64,000 nucleotides of DNA, from positions 6,257 through 70,256 of the forward strand of contig DATJEL010000108.1 of assembly GCA_035496675.1 (NCBI GenBank), in the 5' to 3' direction. Made by a program: the position numbers and the translations under genes. Shown one piece after another: positions 1 to 9,055 of this stretch (positions within the stretch are counted from its first letter, which is position 1; each line of letters starts with the position of its first letter). The DNA is from Terriglobales bacterium. Lineage in GTDB: Bacteria > Acidobacteriota > Terriglobia > Terriglobales > Acidobacteriaceae. The notes under the pieces are model-generated. The model saw only the letters and a program-made list of their open reading frames with translations, did not search any database and was not told the origin of the DNA.

Positions 1-523
1 TCTGGTCATTGCGACGCAGAATCCGGTGGAGCATCACGGAACCTACCCGCTGCCCGAGTCGCAATTGGATCGTTTTCTCATGCGCGTGCATATGGGGTAT
101 CCGGATGTAACCGCTGAGACGGAGATCCTTCGCGCCGAAGCGGGCGCAGCCCAACTCGACACCGTTGAACCGGTGCTCACCGGCTCTGACGTGCTCGACA
201 TGCAGAAGGTGGTCACCCAGGTGGAAGTCGATGACGCGCTGATTAAATATGCGCTGGAGATTGTGCGCCGCACGCGCACTCATGAAAAGCTGACCTTGGG
301 GGTCTCGCCGCGCGGATCCCAGATGCTGTATCGCGCGGCCCAGGCCATGGCCTTCGTTGATGGCCGCGGCTTCTGCGTACCGGAAGATTTCAAGCCTTTG
401 GTGGTTCCTGTCTTTGCCCACCGGGTGGCCATCCATGGAATGCACTCTTCAGGGATGAAGAAGGCCGTCCGCGCTGAGGAAGTGATTCAGGAGATTATCG
501 ACACCGTGCCGGTTCCTGTGTAG
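1..523 (+). CDS. MoxR-like AAA+ ATPase, C-terminal part (5' end outside window)
   Basis: Frame 2 is open from base 2 ([35 protein letters not shown]...). This is typical of the AAA_3/MoxR sensor and lid region. Stop at 521-523. Confidence 0.8.
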   Translation, partial: LVIATQNPVEHHGTYPLPESQLDRFLMRVHMGYPDVTAETEILRAEAGAAQLDTVEPVLTGSDVLDMQKVVTQVEVDDALIKYALEIVRRTRTHEKLTLGVSPRGSQMLYRAAQAMAFVDGRGFCVPEDFKPLVVPVFAHRVAIHGMHSSGMKKAVRAEEVIQEIIDTVPVPV

Positions 524-614
524 GTCGGGGTCGAGTCTTCGTTTCCAGCTGAGTAGTCGACGCACCCCCTCCCCGTCTCGTCCGTGCTGCTTTAACCTTG
601 GTACCATTTTCGGC

Positions 615-1100
615 ATGAACTTCCTTCGCTTCCTGATGCTAGCGGCGCTTGCCGTGTGGTTGGGCGCCCTGGTCTTCTTTCCCGTGACCGCAGCGACCGC
701 GTTTTCTGCGTTGCCCACTTCCCACATGGCTGGACTGGTTGTTCGCGGTTCACTTCTCAAACTTCATGTAATGGGATTCATTTGCGGAACTATCTTTTTA
801 GGCTGCTCGCTGATCGATAGCCGCGTGATGCTGGGACGGATCAAGGTGTTCGCTTCGAGCCACATTCTGATTGTTCTCATGCTGGCGCTCACCGCGATCT
901 CGCAGTTCAGAATCATCCCGCGAATGGATGCACTGCAAGCGGAGGCCGGCGAAATCAATCTGCTAGAGCCAGCGGACCCCATTCGCCTCGAGTTCGACGC
1001 GCTTCATGCCTGGTCAACACGAGTGGAAGGAGGAGTGCTCCTCATCGGGATCGTGCTCCTGTATCTCACCTCTCGCCGGCTTGCGGCCACGCGCCCATAG
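615..1100 (+). CDS. Small polytopic membrane protein, DUF4149/TMEM205-like
   Basis: 161 aa with about 4 hydrophobic helices (LMLAALAVWLGALVFFPVTAATAF..., GFICGTIFLGCSLI..., ILIVLMLALTAI..., GGVLLIGIVLLYL). Family assignment is from memory of the N-terminal pattern only. Confidence 0.45.
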   Translation: MNFLRFLMLAALAVWLGALVFFPVTAATAFSALPTSHMAGLVVRGSLLKLHVMGFICGTIFLGCSLIDSRVMLGRIKVFASSHILIVLMLALTAISQFRIIPRMDALQAEAGEINLLEPADPIRLEFDALHAWSTRVEGGVLLIGIVLLYLTSRRLAATRP

Positions 1101-1236
1101 GCGAGCAATCATTTATTCTGTTGATAGGTTTCCTCTTGGCTCGCGATCGAAGCTTGTTTTCTGAAGCAAGGACGCGAAAAACGCCCAGGGAAAACCGCAA
1201 GGCTAACCGCGAGGAGCTACCAACTACGAACTGCGT

Positions 1237-2319
1237 ATGAAAACTGGAATCATTGGCCTGCCCCAGGTAGGGAAAACATCGCTTTTTCGCATTCTGACCA
1301 AGGCACATCTTACGCCGGGACACTCCAATCCGCGCGAGGCTCACGTGGGAGTAGCCAGGGTCCCCGACGAGCGGCTCGACAAACTCGCAGGGATGTATCA
1401 CCCCAAGAAGACCACCCACGCTTCAGTCGAGTACGTTGACCTCGGCGCGATCGGGCAGGAGGCCCTGAAAGAATCCACCTACCTCGGCCACCTTCGTCAG
1501 GTGGACGCGATTTGCCACGTCGTACGTGCGTTCGAGGACGACGCCATCCCGCATGTGGGAACGATTGATCCGTTGCGCGACATCAAAAACGTGGAGTTCG
1601 ATTTGATGGTCAGCGATCTTGGGCAAATTGAAAAGCGGCTGGAGCGGGTAGAAAAAGACCTGAAGAAGATGAAATCTCCCGACCTGGAGAAGGAATTTGA
1701 GCTGCTCAAGCGCGCCAAGGCACACGTAGAGACTGAGCGCCCATTGCGAGAACTAGAGATGACACCGGAGGACAAAAAGCGTTTTCGCGGATTCATGTTC
1801 CTGAGCGAAAAGCCAATTCTGTATGTCGTCAACATCAGCGAGAGTGCGGAGTTAGGCAAGGGTTTGGAAAATGCGGTTGCCAAGCACGGCTTGAAGGAAG
1901 TTGCCTCACAGCCGAATGCCGGTGCCACTGCGATCTGCGGGAAGGTCGAAGCCGAGCTGTCGGAGATGAGCGACGCTGATTCTGCCGAATTTCTCTCCAG
2001 TTATGGGCTCAAAGAAAGCGGTTTGGCGCGGCTGATCAACAAGACCTATTCGTTGCTGGGGCTCATCTCCTTCTTAACTGCCGGCGAGGACGAATGCCGC
2101 GCCTGGACGATCCCGGTGAATACGCGTGCGGTGAACGCCGCGGGAGCGATTCATTCTGATCTCGAGAAGCATTTCATTCGGGCGGAGACAATCCGCTGGG
2201 ACCATTTGCTCGAGGCTGGTTCAGAAGCCAACGCTCGCGCAAAAGGCATCCTGCGCCTGGAAGGCAAGGACTACATCGTGCAGGACGGCGATGTAATGCA
2301 CATCCGACACTCCGGTTGA
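1237..2319 (+). CDS. ychF: Ribosome-binding ATPase YchF (Obg-like GTPase family)
   Basis: N-terminal P-loop GIIGLPQVGKTSLF, a coiled-coil insert and a C-terminal TGS-like end (IVQDGDVMHIRHS). 360 aa, the typical length. Confidence 0.93.
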   Translation: MKTGIIGLPQVGKTSLFRILTKAHLTPGHSNPREAHVGVARVPDERLDKLAGMYHPKKTTHASVEYVDLGAIGQEALKESTYLGHLRQVDAICHVVRAFEDDAIPHVGTIDPLRDIKNVEFDLMVSDLGQIEKRLERVEKDLKKMKSPDLEKEFELLKRAKAHVETERPLRELEMTPEDKKRFRGFMFLSEKPILYVVNISESAELGKGLENAVAKHGLKEVASQPNAGATAICGKVEAELSEMSDADSAEFLSSYGLKESGLARLINKTYSLLGLISFLTAGEDECRAWTIPVNTRAVNAAGAIHSDLEKHFIRAETIRWDHLLEAGSEANARAKGILRLEGKDYIVQDGDVMHIRHSG

Positions 2320-2365
2320 GACCTACTGAGATAGGATGGGCCGGCGAAAACCTCTGGAACGCGCT

Positions 2366-3916
2366 TCAGCCTTGGTGGTCGTCCGGGCGGTAAGCGACTT
2401 CCATTCCAGGCTGCTTACGACCCGATCCGCTGGCGCTTGGCTGTAACTTCTCTAGGAGCATTGGCCCAAGTTGCGAGACTGACCCTGCTCCTAAGGTCAG
2501 GATCATGTCGCCAGGCTGAGCGGCAGTTGCGGCCGCGCCGACCGCTTCCTCAAACGAAGCTACATAACGACTGCTGGTACCGGCGATCTTCCGAGCAAGC
2601 GCTTCGGCGGTAATCCCCTCAATCGGCTGCTCACTGGCGGGATAGATGTCCAAGACGAACAAGGAATCGGCGTTACCGAAGGCAGCCGTGAACTCGTCCA
2701 TCAAGTCGCGGGTGCGAGTGTAGCGGTGCGGCTGGAAAATCACGTGGATCTTGCGGTATCCACACTGGCGCGCTGCGGCGAGAGTCGCCTTGATTTCAGT
2801 TGGGTGGTGGCCGTAGTCGTCGATGACAGCGACGCCACCGGCCTCGCCCCGAAGTTGAAAGCGACGATCGACTCCGCGAAAGTTTTCGAGCGCCTCGCGA
2901 ATGTGGCTGACCGGAATATCCAGTCCAATACCGACAGCAATCGCAGCCGTGGCATTCAGGACGTTATGCATGCCCGGAACGTGCAAACAAAACTCACCAA
3001 GGTCGGCGCCGCGGTAGCTAACCTGAAATGAATTTAGAGTCAGCGGTGCTCGAACAGGCTTTGCAGTTAAGCCCGCTTTCTCAGCCGGTTTCTGGGGACG
3101 ACGGAGGCCGGGCCTTTCCCGGCCGCCAGATTCGGCTGAGTCAGGCCGATGGGAGTTCCTGGCGAACCCTTGGTTGGTGGTGATCAAGAAATCCGAACCC
3201 GGGCGGGTGCCATAGGCGATCATTCGGCGCCGGATTCTCGGGAGCAGGCGGCGCAGAATCGGGTCGTCGTTGCAGAGGACCAGCATTCCGTAGAACGGAA
3301 CCCGATCCATAAAATCGAGGAAGGCGCGCTTGATGTCCTGCATGTTGCGGTAACAGTCCATGTGCTCGCGATCGATGTTGGTGACCACGGAAAGAATGGG
3401 GGAGAGCTTCAGGAATGAGCGGTCGCTCTCGTCGGCCTCAGCCACCAGATACTGCGAGCGGCCTAGGCGCGCGTTGGAGCCCATTGCATCTACGCGGCCG
3501 CCAACCACCACGGTGGGGTCTAGACCAGCAGCCGCGAGCACGGCGGCAACCATGGAGGTCGTGGTCGTTTTGCCGTGCATCCCCGCGATGGCAATACCGT
3601 ATTTCAGACGCATGAGTTCGGCGAGCATCTCGGCCCGCGGAATGACCGGAACATGCAGCCTCATGGCCTCGTGGACTTCCGGGTTGGCTGCATCAATGGC
3701 AGAACTTGTCACCACCACATCCGCGCCGGTGACGTTCTCGGCTCGATGGCCCTCAAAAATCGTGGTCCCGAGTAGCTTCAGGCGGTCGGTGACCGACGAT
3801 CGCTTCAAGTCGGAACCGGAGATCTTATAACCGAGGTTCAGCAGGACCTCGGCGATCCCGCTCATGCCGATCCCGCCGATTCCGACGAAGTGGACGCGTT
3901 GGATTTTTGCGAACAT
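2366..3916 (-). CDS. murC: UDP-N-acetylmuramate--L-alanine ligase MurC, with internal insertion
   Basis: VHFVGIGGIGMSGIAEVL Rossmann start and GMHGKTTTTSM P-loop. It is the last gene of the dcw cluster. At 516 aa it is longer than usual because of a charged/Pro-rich insert (about residues 252-296) and a short C-terminal tail. Confidence 0.93.
   Translation of the reverse strand: MFAKIQRVHFVGIGGIGMSGIAEVLLNLGYKISGSDLKRSSVTDRLKLLGTTIFEGHRAENVTGADVVVTSSAIDAANPEVHEAMRLHVPVIPRAEMLAELMRLKYGIAIAGMHGKTTTTSMVAAVLAAAGLDPTVVVGGRVDAMGSNARLGRSQYLVAEADESDRSFLKLSPILSVVTNIDREHMDCYRNMQDIKRAFLDFMDRVPFYGMLVLCNDDPILRRLLPRIRRRMIAYGTRPGSDFLITTNQGFARNSHRPDSAESGGRERPGLRRPQKPAEKAGLTAKPVRAPLTLNSFQVSYRGADLGEFCLHVPGMHNVLNATAAIAVGIGLDIPVSHIREALENFRGVDRRFQLRGEAGGVAVIDDYGHHPTEIKATLAAARQCGYRKIHVIFQPHRYTRTRDLMDEFTAAFGNADSLFVLDIYPASEQPIEGITAEALARKIAGTSSRYVASFEEAVGAAATAAQPGDMILTLGAGSVSQLGPMLLEKLQPSASGSGRKQPGMEVAYRPDDHQG
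3080..3140. repeat. Nested imperfect palindrome inside the murC insertion
   Basis: Outer arms CTCAGCCG (3080-3087) and CGGCTGAG (3133-3140). Inner arms GGCCGGG (3106-3112) and CCCGGCC (3118-3124), with loop CCTTT. On the coding strand it encodes SAESGGRERPGLRRPQKPAE. Confidence 0.6.
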
Positions 3917-3980
3917 GAATAAATTTCATTTCCCGGGATTGATCCCGATCAACGCGGATATCGACTGCTTGAATCCGCGT

Positions 3981-5075
3981 TCATCCGTTCTCATTCGAGG
4001 GTTGCATTGGAACTCCCGCCACTTTAGCCGCGAGCTCTGCGATTTCCTTGGCGGCGTTTGGATGGGCCAGGCTCCGGGCCGCATCGCTCATCCTGCGGAG
4101 TCGGAGAGGGTCCTCGAGCAGCGCCGCAATCGTATCCACGAGCCAGACCTCGTCGAGTTTGGTTTCTTCCAGAACAACCGCAGCCCCCGATCGCTCCAGT
4201 GCTTCAGCGTTGCGGCGCTGGTGGTCATCGGCTGCAAGCGGGAACGGAACAAAGACCGCTGCCTTGCCGGCTGCAGTGATCTCCGCCACCGTGCTCGCAC
4301 CCGAGCGACAGAGAACAAGGTCGGCGCGCGCGAAAAATCCTGGCATGTCGTCGAGAAACTTGTGCACCTCCGCCGCCACTCCAGCCTGCACATAGGCAGA
4401 CTGAACGTCATTGTAGTCGCGCTCGCCGGTCTGATGAATGACATGCAAACCTGGCACGCGGCGGGTAAGCTGCGGGAGTGCGCGCATCACTGCCTGATTG
4501 ATCGCGCGGGCGCCCTGGCTGCCGCCGAAGACGAGCAATGTCGGTGAGGTTTGTTCGTAAGGTTTGCTTGAGATCTGGAAAAAAGCAGGCCTCACCGGCA
4601 CCCCGGTGACAGACGGATTGTGGAAGTAAGCAGCCGTTTCTTGGAAGTGCACCGCGGCCGCAGAAACAAAGTGCGCAACTACGCGGTTGGCGAATCCCGG
4701 GACCAGGTTGGGCTCGAATGCAAGGCGCGGAATGTGCTTCAGAATTGCGGCCAGCATCGCTGGGCCGGAGGCGTATCCGCCAACCCCGATTACCACGTCC
4801 GGCTGGAATTCGTTAATCATTCGAGCGGCCGCAAAGACCGCCCGGGGAAGGTTGAGCAATGTCTTCGATCGGGTTGCCAGGCTGACGCGATTGAGCGCAC
4901 CCACTTGGACGAGCTTCAAAGGGAAACCGGCGTTCGGCACCAGGCGATTCTCGAGGCCGCGCGAGGTGCCGATGAAGAGGCACTCTGCGTTCAAGCGGCA
5001 CTGAAGCTCTTGAGCAATGGCGATGGCTGGGATCACATGGCCGCCCGTGCCTCCGCCTGCCAGGATTGCGCGCAT
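3981..5075 (-). CDS. murG: Lipid II glycosyltransferase MurG (undecaprenyl-PP-MurNAc-pentapeptide GlcNAc transferase)
   Basis: The start is taken at the internal Met ([24 protein letters not shown]), the canonical MurG N-terminus. The 485-aa track ORF extends upstream into ftsW and that extension is rejected. Confidence 0.9.
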   Translation of the reverse strand: MRAILAGGGTGGHVIPAIAIAQELQCRLNAECLFIGTSRGLENRLVPNAGFPLKLVQVGALNRVSLATRSKTLLNLPRAVFAAARMINEFQPDVVIGVGGYASGPAMLAAILKHIPRLAFEPNLVPGFANRVVAHFVSAAAVHFQETAAYFHNPSVTGVPVRPAFFQISSKPYEQTSPTLLVFGGSQGARAINQAVMRALPQLTRRVPGLHVIHQTGERDYNDVQSAYVQAGVAAEVHKFLDDMPGFFARADLVLCRSGASTVAEITAAGKAAVFVPFPLAADDHQRRNAEALERSGAAVVLEETKLDEVWLVDTIAALLEDPLRLRRMSDAARSLAHPNAAKEIAELAAKVAGVPMQPSNENG

Positions 5076-5170
5076 GGAAGAACTATAAACGGTCGTACGC
5101 CGCCCGTCGTGGGCCGTTGGCAAAAGCCAAGCCTTGAGTGTTGTTTGCCATCGCGGTGAAGGGGTGCATT

Positions 5171-6262
5171 TTATTCCGCTTGCTTGCTTATATTGAGCAG
5201 GATGCCTATGCAGGCCAGCGTGATAAAGAGCGAGGAGCCGCCGTAGGAGATCAAGGGTAAAGGAATTCCCTTGGTCGGCATTAGTCCAAGCACGACGCTC
5301 ATGTTGATGAACGCCTGCACCACGACCATGCTGGTGATTCCGACGACCAGAAAGCGGCCGAACAGGTCGTTGGTTCGAAGGGCCGTTCTCACCCCCCGCC
5401 ACAAGAAGACCGCAAAGAGTAGAACCACGGCCATGCACCCCACCAAACCGAGTTCTTCTCCGAGCACCGAGAAGATGAAATCCGTGTGCGGCTCAGGGAG
5501 GTAGAACAGTTTTTCCTTCCCTTCCATGAGGCCGACGCCGCTGATGCCGCCGGTTGAGACGGCAATCAGGGACTGAATAATGTGGAAGCCTTTGCCTTGC
5601 GGGTCCGAGTAAGGGTTCAGAAATGCCAGAATGCGGTCACGACGGTAGGCTACATGGAAAATCAGGAAGTACAGCGGCAAAAGTGACCCAAGGAATGCAT
5701 ACGCCAGGTACTTGATCTCAAGTCCGGCAACGAAAAGCACGCAAACGGTGATCGCCGCACACGCAATGGCTGTTCCCAAGTCTGGCTGAAAAACGATCAG
5801 GCCAATGAATACCAAGGTGGGCAACACAGCGGGAATCAGCGTATTGCGCCAGTCATCCATGGACTTGGTGCGGGTTTCCAGGAAATAGGCCAGGAACAAT
5901 ATCAAAGCTGGCTTGGCCAGCTCCGAGGGCTGGAATGAGAATCCGCCGAAGTGAATCCAGCGATGAGTGTTATGAGCGCGGTCGAGAAAGAAGACCGAGA
6001 TGAGCATGAGAGTAGTCACGCCCAGGATCGAGAACACAACCGACGGTTGCTTCAGCTTCTTATAGTCCAAGCGCATACCAATGAGCATGGCGATGAAACC
6101 GCCCACTGCCCATCCCAGCTGGCGCAACAGGAAGAAGTAACCGGAGTGGTAGCGCTCTTTGGCCATCACGGCGGAAGCGCTGAACACCATCACCAGCCCG
6201 ATAAAGACGAGAACCAGAGTGACGACAAACAGCCACCGGTCCACACTGATGCGCTTGGCCAT
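5171..6262 (-). CDS. ftsW: SEDS-family peptidoglycan polymerase FtsW
   Basis: 363 aa with about 10 TM segments and FtsW/RodA motifs ([34 protein letters not shown]). It sits between murD and murG. Confidence 0.88.
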   Translation of the reverse strand: MAKRISVDRWLFVVTLVLVFIGLVMVFSASAVMAKERYHSGYFFLLRQLGWAVGGFIAMLIGMRLDYKKLKQPSVVFSILGVTTLMLISVFFLDRAHNTHRWIHFGGFSFQPSELAKPALILFLAYFLETRTKSMDDWRNTLIPAVLPTLVFIGLIVFQPDLGTAIACAAITVCVLFVAGLEIKYLAYAFLGSLLPLYFLIFHVAYRRDRILAFLNPYSDPQGKGFHIIQSLIAVSTGGISGVGLMEGKEKLFYLPEPHTDFIFSVLGEELGLVGCMAVVLLFAVFLWRGVRTALRTNDLFGRFLVVGITSMVVVQAFINMSVVLGLMPTKGIPLPLISYGGSSLFITLACIGILLNISKQAE

Positions 6263-6360
6263 CGAAAATCCATTTCACCACGGAGACAGCAAGACAGGCA
6301 GGGTTCTTATTGTGGGTTTTAGGGAGAAAGTTGACTCTTGTGGTTCAGCCGCAACGGCAG

Positions 6361-7716
6361 CTACTTCGGGAGAGCCAACACCAATTCCTTGAACACTCTT
6401 CCACGGTGTTCGTAGTTCTGGAACTGATCAAAACTCGCACAAGCGGGAGCAAGCAGGACGATATCGCCCGCCTGGGCGTTCCTTGAGGCCTGGGCAAGGG
6501 CGTGGTCCATGGTTCCCGAGGAGGCAATCTTGGTAGCGCCCGCGATGTGCTTCTCTATCTTCTCTGCTGCCGCCCCGATCGTGTACACGCACCTCACGCG
6601 CTCGCGAAGCAAACTGTTCAGCACCGTATAGTCGCTGCCCTTGTCCTTCCCGCCGAGGATCAGGTGAAGGTTACGGGGAAACGACTCGAGGGCCTTAATG
6701 GTCGCATCGACGTTGGTGGCTTTGGAGTCGTTGTAGTACTCCACGCCGCGCACGGTCGCGACGTACTCTAACCGATGCTCTACCGCTTTGAATTCGCGGA
6801 CTGCGGTTCGGATCGAATCCGCCTGGCAGCCCATAAGCTCGGCCGCGCAGATCGCCGCCAGAACGTTCTCGACGTTGTGCGCGCCTTTCAGTGGAACCTC
6901 CGCAACCGGCATGATTTCCCGTTCGCTCGACTCGCCGCGAAACTGCACCATTCCTTGCCGGAGGAAGGTACCGTGATCGACCTCGCGCTTGCGATTGAAC
7001 CAAAATACCGGGGCTTTGATCTGGCCGGCCATAGCCACACAGGTGGGATCGTCGGCGTTTAATACGGCAACATCGTGTTCCTGCTGATTTTCGAAAATAC
7101 GCGCCTTGGCGCCGGCATAGGCCTCAAAAGTACGATGGCGGTCCAGGTGATCGGGCGTGACATTTAGCACGACAGCAATTTTCGGATGAAACGTGCGGAT
7201 GGTTTCGAGCTGGAAGCTTGAAACTTCGAGAACGGTAACTGTCTCCGGCGTGGCTTTGGCGACCAGCGAAACGGCTGGCGTGCCGATATTTCCGCCCACC
7301 AGGGTCTTGCGACCTGACTTGGCAAGAATCTCGCCTACGAGCGTTGTGGTTGTCGTCTTCCCGTTGGATCCGGTAATGGCAACGATCGGGCCGGACAGAA
7401 ACTCCGCAGCCAGCTCGATCTCCCCGATCACCTGCTCACCGAGCGCTCTCGCCTGGACCAAAGGTTGAGCATCAAAGGGAACTCCAGGACTGACGACAAT
7501 CATGTCCTGGTTCTGAAACGTGCGCTCCCCGTGGCGTCCGGTTTCAACTGCGATCCCGTGGTCGAGGAGGACGGGAATCTCCTGCCGGAGTTGATCTTCG
7601 GGTTTCGAGTCGGAAACCGTGACTTTTGCCCCGCGGGACTGCAGGAACAGGGCTGACGCCACACCCGAGCGGCCCAGTCCCACAACCAGAACGCGCTTGT
7701 TGTTCAATTCCAACAA
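6361..7716 (-). CDS. murD: UDP-N-acetylmuramoylalanine--D-glutamate ligase MurD
   Basis: VLVVGLGRSGVASALFL start and ITGSNGKTTTTTL P-loop. Position in the dcw cluster fits. Confidence 0.93.
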   Translation of the reverse strand: MLELNNKRVLVVGLGRSGVASALFLQSRGAKVTVSDSKPEDQLRQEIPVLLDHGIAVETGRHGERTFQNQDMIVVSPGVPFDAQPLVQARALGEQVIGEIELAAEFLSGPIVAITGSNGKTTTTTLVGEILAKSGRKTLVGGNIGTPAVSLVAKATPETVTVLEVSSFQLETIRTFHPKIAVVLNVTPDHLDRHRTFEAYAGAKARIFENQQEHDVAVLNADDPTCVAMAGQIKAPVFWFNRKREVDHGTFLRQGMVQFRGESSEREIMPVAEVPLKGAHNVENVLAAICAAELMGCQADSIRTAVREFKAVEHRLEYVATVRGVEYYNDSKATNVDATIKALESFPRNLHLILGGKDKGSDYTVLNSLLRERVRCVYTIGAAAEKIEKHIAGATKIASSGTMDHALAQASRNAQAGDIVLLAPACASFDQFQNYEHRGRVFKELVLALPK

Positions 7717-7856
7717 ATCTCACCCGAAAGGCACAGAGTCACGGCCGGGAAATTCATTTCCTTGGATCTACGCGGATGAACACGGATCACCCCTTCATAA
7801 ATCCGTTTTGGATCCAGGTCAACCGTGGAAAAGAAGATTTCCCCGCTGTCCAGGAA

Positions 7857-8990
7857 TTATCGCAGTTTCAGAGTAGTTAGGGCGAACAGGGCGAAGATCA
7901 GCGAGGCGATCCAGAAGCGCACGATGATCTTTGACTCCGACCAACCCATCAGTTCGAAGTGATGATGGATGGGCGCCATCTTGAAGATGCGCTTCTTGCG
8001 AAGTTTGTAGGAGACGACCTGCAACAGCACCGACAGAGCCTCAATCACGAATACGCCGCCGATGAAGGGCAGCAACAGCTCCTGTTTGATCATGACTGCG
8101 ACGGTTCCAATCGCGCCGCCTAGCGCCAGAGAGCCAACGTCTCCCATGAAGACTTCTGCCGGATGGGCGTTGTACCACAGGAACCCGATCGCCGCCCCAA
8201 CCATCGCGCCGCAAAAGATCGTGAGCTCTCCAACCAGAGGCATGCGCTGCAATTCGAGGTAGTTCGAGAACGTGGCATGGCCACTCACATAAGTAAGGAC
8301 CGTGAGCGCTCCCGCCGCGATGACCGTGCACCCAATGGCAAGACCATCCAGGCCATCCGTCAGGTTGACGGCGTTGGTCGACCCGACGATAACCAGCGCG
8401 ACAAACCCGATAAATACGACGAATGCAACCGGCCAGAGCTCGGGATTGTGCATGAAGCGGTCAATCACCAGGTCGGGCCGGAACTGCTTCACGAAGGGCA
8501 CCATAAGCCGGGTGGAGTACATCCCTTTGGTTTGCATTGCGATCAGCGCCACGGCGATCAGCAGGCTGACCAGAACCTGCAGGCCGAGTTTCCCGCGGGC
8601 GGTGAGTCCAAGGTTTCGCTTGTGAATCACCTTGGTGTAGTCGTCGGTAAAACCGATAGCGGCGAATGCAATCGTAGAAAGCACGGCCAGCCAGACAAAT
8701 GCATTCGTTAGGTCCGCCCAAAGCAAAGTGGGGACAACAATGGAGATCACGATTAACACACCCCCCATCGTTGGGGTGCCGGCTTTTTTCTGGTGTGCTT
8801 TGGGCCCTTCTTCGCGGATGTATTGGCCAATCTGGAACTCGCGAAGGCGTTTAATCACGAGCGGACCGATGATCAGTCCGGTAAAAAGCGCGGTTAGGCT
8901 GGCAAAGGCGGTGCGGAACGTGAGGTAACGGAAGATTCGGAACGGCGGGAAGATGTGAAACAGCTTTAAGTACAGCAGCCAGTAGAGCAA
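7857..8990 (-). CDS. mraY: Phospho-N-acetylmuramoyl-pentapeptide transferase MraY
   Basis: Polytopic protein with motifs KAGTPTMGG, NAVNLTDGLDGLA, MGDVGSLALGG and APIHHHFE. Confidence 0.95.
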   Translation of the reverse strand: MLYWLLYLKLFHIFPPFRIFRYLTFRTAFASLTALFTGLIIGPLVIKRLREFQIGQYIREEGPKAHQKKAGTPTMGGVLIVISIVVPTLLWADLTNAFVWLAVLSTIAFAAIGFTDDYTKVIHKRNLGLTARGKLGLQVLVSLLIAVALIAMQTKGMYSTRLMVPFVKQFRPDLVIDRFMHNPELWPVAFVVFIGFVALVIVGSTNAVNLTDGLDGLAIGCTVIAAGALTVLTYVSGHATFSNYLELQRMPLVGELTIFCGAMVGAAIGFLWYNAHPAEVFMGDVGSLALGGAIGTVAVMIKQELLLPFIGGVFVIEALSVLLQVVSYKLRKKRIFKMAPIHHHFELMGWSESKIIVRFWIASLIFALFALTTLKLR

Positions 8991-9055
8991 TCCGCCTCCG
9001 GGAAACCCGCGATTAATGGTTCTCGATCGTTAGTCTTTCGCCTGACTACAGGTTG

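Noticed and set aside
3973-3987. A 15-mer ATCCGCGTTCATCCG at the murG/murC junction recurs with one mismatch, inverted, in the murD/mraY spacer (7773-7787).
   Set aside because: By my back-of-envelope estimate, hundreds of 15-mer pairs with one mismatch or fewer are expected by chance in 2 x 64 kb. One copy also overlaps the murG stop and coding sequence. This is not evidence for a repeat family.
5076-5438. N-terminal extension of the murG track ORF (485 aa), with analogous upstream extensions of selB (to 37248), tal (from 46314), purL (from 37095), GtrA (to 63787), ftsL (to 15890) and the methyltransferase (from 40747).
   Set aside because: The extensions overlap the preceding gene or lack family similarity. 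Canonical N-terminal motifs begin at internal starts (for example [30 protein letters not shown]).
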